Assembly (NCBI GenBank): GCA_051362555.1
Contig: CM120641.1
Span: forward strand, 15,066,001-15,130,000
Reading direction: 5' to 3'
Length of the DNA: 64,000 nt
DNA from: Lingula anatina
Taxonomy: Eukaryota; Animalia; Brachiopoda
A model generated the notes under the pieces. The model made no database searches and was not told the origin of the DNA. It saw only the letters and a list, made by a program, of their open reading frames with translations. Positions 10,427-22,839 of this stretch are shown piece by piece. Every line of letters begins with the position of its first letter. Position 1 is the stretch's first letter. The translations under genes and the position numbers were made by a program.

Positions 10427-12883
10427 CTTTCTGTTCCACCCACCCCAGCAGCTGTGCAGTCAGATGTAACACCCTGTATAGTTGTTCATGGGGGTGCTGG
10501 ATCAGGATTTATCCCTTCTGGCAGTCAGAAGTATGAAGCATACACAGAAGGGGTTTTGGCTGCTAGTAAAGCAGGCTATCAGGTTCTGAAAGATGGAGGC
10601 AGTGCAGTAGATGCAGTAGTTGTAGCTGTCAAAGTGATGGAAGATAATCCTTCATTTAATGCAGGTATTTAAATTTTTCTGGACCTTTTTTTAAAGCAAG
10701 TAGATGTTTTCTAACATCATACTTGGTTCCACTCTTTCCCAGGATCATTTCACCATGGTGTGTTGCATTAAAGGAAATATTTCAGTGAAAAAGTCTTTCT
10801 TCAGAGAGTCTTTCTTTTGGTGTTAGTGAATAACTCATAATTACAATTACCTGCAGTGAGTGACTTCATTATCTTCCTCAAGGCACAGGCTCCAAACTGA
10901 CAGTGGCGGGTACTGTAGAAATGGATGCACTGTTGTGTGACGGGCAGACACTGAATTCTGGTGCAGTGGCAACAGTGAAAAATATAAAAAATGCTATAGA
11001 ACTTGCAAAGCTAGTGATGGACAAGGTGAGAATGCATTAGATATACAGTAGAACAGTTGGGATACAGTTTGATGACATTTATGTTGTAGGTTTTTGGATG
11101 TATGAGAACATGCAAGTGGAGGAGTATCAAAACATGATCAAAAATTGTTTTAATGTGGTATTTCCTGGCAACCCTTTTGAATAAAATCTTTAACCATTTA
11201 TTATTGTATTGCCTTTCCATTATATATTTTCTTTCAAAAACTCTCACGATAGAATATTTTAGGATAACATCATGTCTTAAATATATAAATTTACTTTATG
11301 TACCCATGGTGTTCTTGTGTACATAAAAGCATTAAAATTTAATTTGTTATTTTGATCTAAAATTTCCTCAACTTGTATTCTTATTCTTATCATATAAGTG
11401 TTTTCAATTCAGACAGATCACATGTTGATAGTAGACAAGGGTGCAAATGTCTTTGCTTCAAAGATGAATATTCAGGAAGTAGATCCGTTATATCTTGTCA
11501 CTGGAAGGTCTTTAGATTCATTGAAGACATACACATCATCCTATACTAAAGCAACTGTAGGAGGATATGAGAAAAGGTAGGCATTAAAAAACGTTAATTT
11601 TGTAAAGACCATTGATATGAGGTGCTTGTTAAATTACAGTATGTGAAACTTAAATGATAGTAATAATAAAATCAAATTTATTTATTTATTCATTTATTTA
11701 TTAGAGTCTATTATCCATAAAAATATGTTCTGTAGACTTAACAACTAAAATGCAAGGTCAATTAGGGTGAAATTCAATTTTGAAGATCGCTATTGATTAG
11801 ATGGATGTAAAATTAGATGTATATGGAGACAAGTAAAACAATTATTTTATGGCAGTATCATGATATCTGCTGGGCAGTCAGCTTTCTTAAGATTTCCATC
11901 ATCATGTAACCCATTGAGAATACTGCAGATTGCAGGTTTCTTCCAGAAATGCTTCATACCATAAAACTTACAAATATTCTTTTATCTTTTGTGTATCTGT
12001 TCTTAGGGCACTCCATGAAACTCTACCTTCATCGAGTGCTGAACATGAAACAGTAGGGGCTGTAGCTGTGGATTATCTTGGAAACGTGGCTAGTGCGACA
12101 TCTACTGGTGGCATCACTGCTAAAATGTGTGGGAGAGTTGGAGATGTTCCAATTGTTGGTAAGCACATCCTTTTTATTCACATCTGAATACATGTAACAT
12201 CATCTTCGGTTATATTAACAATCTCATAAATGCTGCCTCTGACATCACATTTAAATACTGTCTTCCTTGCATCAATATTTTTAACACTAATCATTAATAT
12301 CATTGCAACTTGACACTATTTATTTATATTATAACAACTTGACATCCTTATTTAAACTGACTGGCTGTATATACTAACCCCAGGTGCTGGTGGTTATGCC
12401 GACAATCAATATGGGGCAGTGTCTACAACAGGGCATGGGGAAGCTATAGCACGGTTATGTCTAGCAAAATTGGTCATTGAACTCATAGCAAAAGGTAGTT
12501 CTTTCATTAACCGATGGACTGGCATATTTTTATATTATTTCTTCTTTCTAAAAAGATATTTGTAAAAATTAATAAGTAAATTTAAATTGTCAAAATGTGT
12601 ATACACTACTTCACAAAAACGATAAACACATGTCAACATATTTGTGATAAAGTTTGTATCTAATCCTCTAGGTAACAGTGCCCAGCAGGCCAGTGAGAAA
12701 GCCCTGCACCAACTGGCTAAAAGAATTGAGGAGGCAGCAGGTGCTGCTGGGCTTATTACAGTGACACCTGGTGGGGATATTGGTGTTTATACCATAACTG
12801 GGGGTATGTCCTGGGCTGCAATAAAGAACAATGAACCATGTTATGGTATCAATCATGGGGACTATTTAAAAACAACTCTGTGA
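10427..12883 (+). CDS. ASRGL1: Isoaspartyl peptidase/L-asparaginase unit 2 (339 aa), apparently the in-frame continuation of unit 1
   Basis: Exons 10427-10664, 10883-11025, 11413-11576, 12007-12158, 12384-12494, 12672-12883 (TGA). Motifs [24 protein letters not shown]|[21 protein letters not shown] and TGHGE. The first exon has no in-frame ATG before HGGAG. Confidence 0.9.
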
Positions 12884-14843
12884 AGTTGTTAAGCATTATA
12901 TTTTACAAGTGAGACTCCTACCATTGTCATTTTTGACAAGCCTTGGAATAAGTTTTATGTGTAGTACAACATTAAGGATAGGTTCCCACAGTTTATATGA
13001 TACAATTATCTTTCCAAGGATATGTGTATGTATCAATTCAACCATCAAAAGCCTAAATATGCTACATTATGTTTCAAAAGTGTACAGTAGACCCCCCCCC
13101 CAAAAAAAAAAAAAAATGCTCAAACTTTACAATTCCTGTGTTAAACACTATTTTTCTTAGACTAACCAGGTTTGATTATCTTTTCCTGACACATTCCATA
13201 GCTCTGTAACAATTCGGGAAACGAAAAGTCCTGAATAACACATGCGTAAGCAATGTTTTGCTATTTATTTGCCATGCTATTTAAAACTATCAATTAAAAA
13301 TGGTTGACAGGTGGCCCAGGAAGGGGGTAAATTTGATTATCTTTTGCAACATAGATTTATGGCATTTATGAGTCCTCAAAAAGCAGCCGATCTAAAGAAA
13401 AAATGGGAAATTGTAGAAAAAAAAACATTCATATGACTTGAAAAGTAAATTTGTTATATGCTAAGCCTACTAAGAGTCTCTTAAAATACACATATTTTAA
13501 ATCATTATTTGCAAGAATTTTTCCTCAGTGTGTGAATGGTGTGTGGAAGGTGCTTTACCTGTGTTTGAAATCCTACACTTTATCACTTTAAGGTCCCAAT
13601 GCATTTAAATTTATTCTGACCGTTGTCCCAATAAGTATTTTAATATACAGACACTGTATGTATACAGACACATTACTGTCTAGTTACGTGTGGGAGCAAT
13701 ACTTCCATTGTGATTTTTTTCTTTTCACTTTCTTTACATAAAGCTGTATAAGATTTGACTTAAGATCTCAGATCTTATGTAGTCTTTTTTCTTTTGTTAA
13801 AATCTTTAATAAAGATGTTTTAGCTTGCAGGTCAAATCCTACTTTGGTAATTCCATATCATTGCTTTTGGTAATTATTGCTTTATTGAAGGGAAATTCAA
13901 ATACAATTCTACCAATAAATATGGGTTATCATGCTTTATTATTGACTTCTTTATAATAGATTACAGAATATAAAATATATACATATCTGCATATTTTTCT
14001 AGCCTATATAGTATCTTGGCAAAACCAAAGCACCTTTTTACATTCAATACACACTTGTATAAAAGTGCATTCACAAAAACTTTTTGTAACTATTTTATAC
14101 ATATATTAGACAATTAATTTAAGAACTAAAAAAGTCATTTGTAAGTTGTCTAAAGTAATAAACAAGTAAAATGCAATCATGTAAACTGCACAGTCTCAAC
14201 AAATGAAAAATGGCTATTCATATTAGAAAAATAATTCTCTTTTGTTGCTGCATAAAAAATGAGATTAAAGAGCTCAAAGGAAGAAAAAGTAAGTTTAAGT
14301 GATAAACATGCTACATTCAGAGCAATTTTCAGTATATTGTGATATGAAATTTGAAGTTAAAGAGGAGATGCCCATTTCAGAGAGATTTTTATTTGAGAGA
14401 CTAGCTGTTTCATGTTTAATATCAGCTGTTTCAAGTCGACCCTTATTCATCCTGACAAACGTAAGTGTAATGTCTCAGGCATTATGCATTAGGCATCGTG
14501 TGTTAAGGATCCATTACAAAACAATTTCTCGATTGCCTGCTTCATTATAAAAAGCTTATAAAAATGGCAGAAAAGCTCAAATGTACCCCTACCAAAGACT
14601 AAAGTACAGCATCATGACCATAGAAAGACATATTATAATTACCTTCAAGTTATTTGTTTATATACCTTTATGGGACTGAGACTTTATGTTAAATAATGCT
14701 GCCAAGGTTGATCAGGGAATTATATCGGATATAATTCCTGGGCTGTTACAGTGTTCAGAGACTTCACTTTCAGGACAATGCATCTTAGGATTTCTTGTAA
14801 AAACATTAGAAATATATAAAAATGTGTTTTATAGAACTAAAAC

Positions 14844-17374
14844 TCATGTTTGGCAGATGGAGCTATAGCTTATACAGTCTTTGGATACCATTTTGAGAGT
14901 GAAACCAGAAGGACTGGTGGTGTTTCTCTCCAAAGCAAAGCGTGGAACACAGGCATGCTGGCAACCTGGCAAAAGAAATAATGGAATGGAATAGAATTTT
15001 TTAAATTGCAATGGCTGAAGCTGTTTACATTGGGTGCAAAGACTTTGACGTGAAATTCTTTTTCATTAAAATTCAAATTTTTTGGTTAATCAAATATTAG
15101 TGATCAGAATTTAAAAAAAAACAAGGACACATTGTAAATAAATATGATTTGGCAGTTTTGGGATAAACAAATGTGTTGAACAGTAACAACATGAACAGAC
15201 AGATAATCAGAATAATACTTTCAGTGTCTGTATATAATGACAAATTATTTTCTACCTGCCAAATTGAAAAAACTATTAAATAATTTATGCACTGGGGAAG
15301 GCCCAGCTTTGCAACCATTTTTTTAAATTGCACAAAGTAAATTGACAGCAGGGGAAAAATCAATGAAAAAAGATGCATGCAGTGTTGCCAAAATTTTGGA
15401 ATCTGGTTTTTATAAATCATTCAATAACATCACTGTCAAGTCAATTAGGCAAATAAATTGTTTTACCTGATGCAGTTTCGTTCTGCACTAAATGAAGAAG
15501 AGGCATGCCACGTGCTACACATTCATGAAGAATGTCTAGGCTCAATCCTCGTCTCTCTAACATTGTCAAGGGTCTAGCTATCCAGTTATCATTTTCAACA
15601 GGGGAAGACAAAATTACTTCTGTATCCTGCAAAATTAAAAACATGTTAAACAAAAAAATAATAATAATATTCATTATTACTATTTATTAGTTATTGTATT
15701 AGATGACTCAATTAAAACCACCATACTGTGGTATTTGCATACTGATACTTGTACAATAAATACCCACTTTAGTTTTTTCCAGTACTTCCTCAAGCAGGTC
15801 CAGATGGAGGAAAGCTGTTCTATTTAATGCCTTTATAAAACAAATGGAATTCGTCTGATCCATTATTCCTGTCCAGTGCTGAAATAATAATAGAAGACAT
15901 TTTATTTTATTATTACTTATTAGTGATTTCAATAATAACAAAAGCAGTGGAAGCTTGTAGAGCAGACTGCACCCCCCCCCTAAACTTAAATTGGGAATTT
16001 GGATCCCTCCTTTCCAAAAGACAGAAAAACAACCCACAAAATGGTTAATTCTTTTGCATATATTTCAAAATTCCTTCAATTATAAACTTTTCTTTTAAAA
16101 AACTCTCCAGCAGGAGAAAAGGATTTTTTTAAATGCAGCCTGCACCCCCAACCCTTTTCTCTAATATACCTGTCCGGCCAGTACAACATCAGGCATATCA
16201 GTGATGTTCATGATAGTTAGCTCATACTGATGTTTTACAACAATTCGGACAGTGCCATTTGACCTATTATATTTCACATAAAGATTATGATTGTCAGCAA
16301 AAAGAGAATTTTTTACTTACAGTTTCAAAATCATGCCATGTGTCGGTGGTGTCCAGTCCACTATGAGCAGGGGTATGGAATTCCACTATATTTCCTCTTA
16401 TCTGGACATTCTCTAAATGCAGAACACCATAGTCCTCCATCTTCAAATTGTAGTTCTAAAATAGACAGCAATCTATATTATAAAAACTTAAAAAAGAATA
16501 TTTTATCCTATCAAAAATAACTACATCTGTATCAAACAAAAAATCAATATTTTAATATAATAAACATAATATTATATGATCTACAGCAAGGGTAACTTGG
16601 CCTATTTGAACTAAGATATGAACCATGATGCAGGGATATAATTATACATAGGATTACCCTATTTAAAATATTTTATTTCTCACCAGTTACATACATGCCT
16701 GTCAAAAATTAATTATGAAATGGAAAGGGGACGCCACAGAGAAATGAACAGTAAAAATATGGTAAAAGAAAACACAAAATAAAAGAAAATGCCAACATTC
16801 TCCATTATAATATTTTTTGTAAAAAAAGGGGAAAATGATTTATTACTGATTATGGTTTATACATCTATTACTTTTAAGTGCATCATCCCTTTTAAACTGA
16901 GCACTATGCCCAGTACAAGTGCCAGTAACAATGCCACAACGGCAGCCACGGTAAATGCTATCACTGCACGACTGCATTGCGGGCACTTGCCACATCTCAG
17001 CGGCTCCAGGCTCAACTCCTTCCGCAGACGTTCCACCTGAAAAATAATAATAACAACAAAACATTCCGATTAATGATTGTTAATTCAAAACTAACAAGCA
17101 ACAGTATGGGTTTTAAAAAATCCAGTGCGATTCGTTTCGTAAATCTACGTACATTTCGCGTAGGCCTTCAAGGTTTTTAATGGATTTGACCCGTGTAACA
17201 ATCAACCACAAACCATGTAACGTTAAACGTATGTTGAACTATACTTTTACAAGACAATGAATGAACACATTTGATTATGATACATGCCTTAGTCTGTTGA
17301 TCATCCTCCGACTCCTCATATGCCAGCACCGGGAATACATCTCCTGGATTAGCCGTCACTTCTCCAGTCGCCAT
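14844..17374 (-). CDS. BRICHOS-domain type II membrane protein with C-terminal Cys-rich peptide, 259 aa
   Basis: Exons 17374-17288, 17036-16872, 16455-16321, 15878-15768, 15626-15467, 14965-14844 total 780 nt in frame. TM segment AVIAFTVAAVVALLLALVLGIVLSL. BRICHOS hallmarks WHDFETHWTGIMD..NSICFIKALN and DILHECVARGMPLLHL. Confidence 0.82.
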
Positions 17375-18644
17375 CGCTGTCTCTAAGTATCTCGGATATT
17401 AAACCCAAACAGGTGAGATAATTACAAAACCACCTGCTGATCCTACAGCGTTGACACAATCCCTGTGATATACAGTGTAGAATTGTATCAAATTAGCTCG
17501 TTTTAAGTTATGTTGCCATAAGTCCCCAGGTAGGCTACATATCGGTATTACACAATTACAGGTGAGTCGAAGATATCATAAAGGTGTGCTTGTTTTACAC
17601 CTGCCAATAATGGCGACTTGAGTCAGCGACACTTCCGTTCATATTAAGATGTTGATGTGTACACACAGTAGCCGCAAGGTGAAGGCCGCTGTCAGCAGAA
17701 TGTATGCAACAGGTATCCGGGGTACATATGACATGGTCATTATTGTCCAGCACGGCGGGGGACGTTCTTGATAAGATTGGATTAGAAACTACTGACAGCT
17801 TATAGTGGGCAATCATGTCAGTGGTTTAAACAGACTACGTCGCCCGTTATTACTATTCCATAATTTTAATTACCCTACTTTTACAGTGATTTTTTAAACT
17901 TTATTTTATTTTATTTTTTTATTGATTATTATTTTTTTCAATCTCACAAATAAATTCAAATGATAAATATTAGAGATCGTATAAATAATTACAGTAGGCC
18001 CCTAACGCATCAAACTTAGGAATCATTCTACGAAGATAGCTCCAACTCCGCAATCAGATTAAATGATAAACACGCCTCCTGGCTCGAGTAGTATACAGAA
18101 AAACTGGCAATTATCACGTTGGAAACATGAGTGTAAAACTAGGGTCCATACGATGTGTTCCCATTATGTTGCGATCATTGTGCATTTTACTGTAGTGAAG
18201 TTATGAGTTATATTTAACTTACAGGAGACTCGTGGCTCCGTGCGATCACAATCAAAATGTTCAGACAGTTGTTTTACTGATTTTGTTGATATCACCTGCT
18301 GTTCACTATAAAAATATTGCAATGTCCCCTTCTAGTTCTGGAAACCCTGTATCCGTCATTGATGAATTAATACCATTTAAATGCTTTGGAAACTTTGAAG
18401 ATCCATAACATCACATTCAAGCTTTCGGTCTCTTTGGAAACTTTATAAAATAAATTAAAGATGTACATCTAGATCACTTTAAATTATAACTCTCTGTCTA
18501 GAATTTTAATTACTTTTTAATGAACATGATAAAATTGATAAATTATTTATAATTAAGTAGGCCTAAATTTATTTAAATATTTTTGTTTTCTTTTAGTTTT
18601 ACTTGCATTTTATACTTTATATTTGTATTGTACAGTCTGTTGCA

Positions 18645-18681
<37 letters not shown>

Positions 18682-18707
18682 GTTTTTGTTGTTGTTGTCG
18701 TCGTCGT
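18645..18707. repeat. Compound (ATT)n-(GTT)n-(GTC)n microsatellite
   Basis: Directly visible trinucleotide runs. Confidence 0.9.
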
Positions 18708-19319
18708 TTTTGGCAGGTGGGGGTAGAAAATTAGCCTACGAGTATGTTTTTACATAAAGGGTATCCTACATGGTATTAAAACCTTGATCCATATATCACT
18801 GTTTTTGATTCTAGAGTGCATCGCACTGTAATGGAATATTTCTTGAGACAAAGAGACAAATTTCGTCTGCAACTCTGTAAACTTGAAAGAGCACTGAAGC
18901 AAGCATATATAGGCCTAGCCTGAACAGGCCTTCTGTACCAATAGTGGGGTCTGGCAATAGTGCAAAAATCGTCATTAGGGCCCATGTCATTCAAAAGGTT
19001 TTCAAATGCAGTGGAAATGTCACCACATCCACACAAAAATAACTATAGAATTGAAAAGATCAAGTATATTGTTAGACCTCCTTTGGTGAGAAACTAACGA
19101 GTAACATCCACCAGGAACGACAAGAAAGGGTTGATTGCGCTCATGGAACTACTAACACATTCAATCTTCACCGGAAACATTGCAGTGTCATGGCGGAAAA
19201 CAAAACAAACAGTGGTACTTATTGCCAGGCACAATTTACGGTCTCTTTTTCGTATATACTTCGAAGGATGTAGCCGACTGATATAAAGCAGGATTCAGCA
19301 AGACAGGACCGGCATTATA

Positions 19320-20644
19320 ATGGATAAACTTAGCATTATATCCGGGGCTCTGTTTCTGGTAGCCGATCTATTTGCGATAGCGAGTTTGTCAATGCCAATG
19401 TGGTTGGTGTCGGATGTCGGAGGTAGTATTTAATTTACCGTTCATATTTTCTGCAAATACTCTCCACCCACTTTGTGATTCCCACAAACATATAAACCAC
19501 AACCTCTTCTAAATTATAATTGCAATGATGCAGTTAAAAGTTGCCACATAATCTGTATCAGATATATATGCACTTTAATTTTTAGTATCAGGTGCCCCCC
19601 CCCCCCCCCCCCCCCCCAACCTATAAGCCTTCAATTTTCACTGTTTTCTCAATAATTTTATCTCAGAAACATCACTGACAGAAAAAAAGACATTGAAAAT
19701 CAAAACAGACTAATAGGTGGGGGGGGGGGGGGGGGGGACGAATACTAGTATTACAGTTGTAGTAGTACTGAAGTCATAGTAAGTCATAATATCATATAAA
19801 TTTTGCTGAATTCTAGGTTATACAAGTATTGGTCTACTCCAGACATGCATAGAGATGTACTATGAAAGTGAAAATGATAACATGCGCTGTTTTACACCAC
19901 ATCCGCTGAGGTTTGAGTGGGTGTTGACATTCATCCTCATAGTTTTGGGTATACTGTTTGTCAGTGCCACTGTTGTGCTACATGCTGTCTCCTACTGGAA
20001 AGAGGCAGTAATTAAAGTTGCACGATGGCTCGGATTTGTTGGAAGTAAGTGGTTTGATATATGTAATGTTGGTTTACATAAGGTTTTTTTTTCTTGTTTT
20101 TTAAATTCTATTTTCACTAACCTTACATCTCAAGATTTTGCCTCTCATTTTTTGTTCTGATAAGTAATTACATGCAACCAATCTCTTTTCTACTTATTTT
20201 TCTTTGTAATATTTTAAAATTCAACTTAAAATATAGTAAGCTCACCTGTTGATTATAATGTTTTTAAATAATTCTTATCAAAGTAAGAAAACTCACTAAA
20301 GATGAACTATTGTGAGATTGGACATTTTATAGGTAACAGTTTTTAAAAGTTGAAACATGCATATTAATTTAAATATAAATGGAATCTAAGAGTTGTTTAA
20401 CGTTGGTCTCTGCACAAGATGTGGAATGCTGTCATGAATTTTTACTTGTTTTTCAGTGTTACTTTTCTGCAATGCTGCAATAATATTCCCAGTGGCCTTT
20501 GATATGGCTCAGGTTGGAGGAAAGGCTTTCCACCTTCCAAACAATTTCCAAGTTGGAATCTCATACATATTCTTTGTATTAGCTTTATGGATAACTGTGA
20601 TATCAGAACTGTTTGCTGGAAAAGTATGTTTACCTAGATTTTGA
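19320..20644 (+). CDS. MOSMO: Modulator of Smoothened (C16orf52/ATTHOG), claudin-like tetraspan protein, 172 aa
   Basis: Exons 19320-19422, 19817-20044, 20457-20644. The translation MDKLSIISGALFLVADLFAIASL...EWVLTF...ARWLGFVGMLLFCNAAIIFP...LPNNFQVGISY...LFAGKVCLPRF closely matches vertebrate MOSMO as recalled. Confidence 0.93.
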
Positions 20645-22839
20645 TAAAATGTGTACTTTTATTGTAGAAATATTTGTATCAGAACTGTTTGCACTTCTTT
20701 GATAGTTTCCTGCATAGGAAGAAGTTCTATATAATATTGTCTCGTGATAACTTATCTTCAGCTTACCAATAGCCATCAAGAACATTGTGCAGGGTTTTGA
20801 GCTCTTTGTGGTCATAAGTTAATTCCAAGTGTACTTGTTTCTTAACTACAAAGGCCAGTGCCAATTTATACAAGGGACTAATATCAGTCACTTTTTGCTT
20901 AATTGGCTTTTATTGTGTGGCTGTCCATAATGGTATCACAATACTGGAATCAGAGTTTGTCACATCTTAACAGGTGCATTTTAAATGAAAAAGTTGAGTA
21001 TTACAATAATATTAACATTATGAAGAGTTAAATATTGATTTTTTTTTATTTATCCAATGATTTTTATTTCACTAAATATCAGTATACCCAAGGTGAAGAT
21101 GTATATTTTAAAGATTATAAATAGATTTATAAAAGGGGATTTATTTTGACTCTTGTATTCCAATTGCACAAAGAGTCTCAGAGAACGGTGCCCCCACACC
21201 TCTTTCTATTATGAATATAACCTTGCTTTTCAAAATATAGGTACGTGATGTATATTTTATATGTATATTGGATATTGATTTTGTTTTCAATACCATCATG
21301 CTCTTGCATGTGTATAATGGCACTGTAAGCAGGAGTAGTGAAATATACTGCCACTTGATTACTGTTGGGTGTCTAAGTACTTTTGTGTATCAAATTATAA
21401 ATATAATTGGATGCCTGCTATTTTATTTGCCTGATAAAAGGTAGTTTATGTTGTAACTTTTTTTGTACATGGAGTATTTGTCTACCTGATTTTTTGCAAA
21501 ATGAGTAGTAGTTCTCATTCCTATTTTGTAAGGAATGTTATCAACTGTAAGATTAACAAATAGGCATTATATCTTTTTTTTCAACATGTGATAATTATTC
21601 TTTGAACATTTAATATATATATTAAATGGACATTTTTGGGTAATATTACAGCAAATGTATTACACAAGGATGTTCATCATTATAATTTCTTTAAGTTTTC
21701 TACACATGTCCTTGAGTGGCAGGATAGTCACTCTGTGGTAAATAGTGAAAAATTCTAAATAATCACTATGTATCTTATAGAAATTCAGCTTATGTTGAAC
21801 AGGACAATCATGATTTCCTTTGCACCTTGTATAAAGAGTTTAAAGTGAAAAAAGTGCTTGTTTAATAAGCAATAAACTGATTTTTTTCATTAATGACACA
21901 TTTCATTTTATAAGTGAAGGAGGAAAGTGACTCATGATAATTTCTATTTATTTGCGTGCAGTCATTGTCTGTGCATTCTTATCAATAGGATTTGACGAGA
22001 GAAGGAGGAAGCAATCAACTGGATGTCACTTATGTTTACTAGTACATGTAACACGTTCTATCCAGGACCAGCAATTTTATGTAATACATATTACAATGTT
22101 ATGCAGGTATATATTCTTTCAAAAAAAATATGAAAAATCTTTGATATATATATAGAGAGACCGTACCATACCTTTGTAAAACAACAGGAACACCAGTTAT
22201 GACTATTTGATCATCGCCACTTTTCTGCAGTGATAAAAATGCGCAAAAGATGACTGCAAATGAATGAAAATTATCATTTTAGTCCACCAGAAAGTGATGC
22301 TCTCCTTTAATGAGTTATTTGCTACCATGAAAATATTAGTTCATGACACAAAGCTTGAATACTTAATAATTGTTGGTTTTGATTTTACTTGACGTAAAAA
22401 AAAAAAAAAAAAAATCAAATTTGGGCCCTCGATAGACTGTGTAGTTCACGTCTATGAAATAATCAAGGCGTATATTGTATTTTACGGATGAATTTTAGAT
22501 GTATTTACAAAGAAAGTAAAACATTTTCTATGCAGGATTTTTTTTTTTTTTTTGGGGGGGGGTATCAATAAATGAATTAAAGTATTTTATGAGGGAAATA
22601 TGCAGAATATATATAGCCTACATGTGTAGGTATCATAGGCCTACGTGCAGTTTTAATGTACGAATAAGAAATAGGAATGTAGTTTCAATTAAATACTATG
22701 CTTACTACGTTTCTTTTATGATCGGTATTGGCACACCGTTGCCATATAGTGCAGAGGAAATAAAAAACTTGTGAGATCGCAGTGATGTCACATTGACCTC
22801 TGTCGACGGAAATAACCTTTGACACAATTTTCCGCAACT

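Noticed and set aside
10454-10672. GTG-initiated ORF as an independent start of ASRGL1 unit 2
   Set aside because: In a eukaryote this is better explained by the in-frame splice acceptor at 10426.
19595-19737. Poly-C and poly-G runs in MOSMO intron 1 as a functional hairpin or G-quadruplex
   Set aside because: G/C homopolymers are scattered throughout the window, so this pair is not distinctive.
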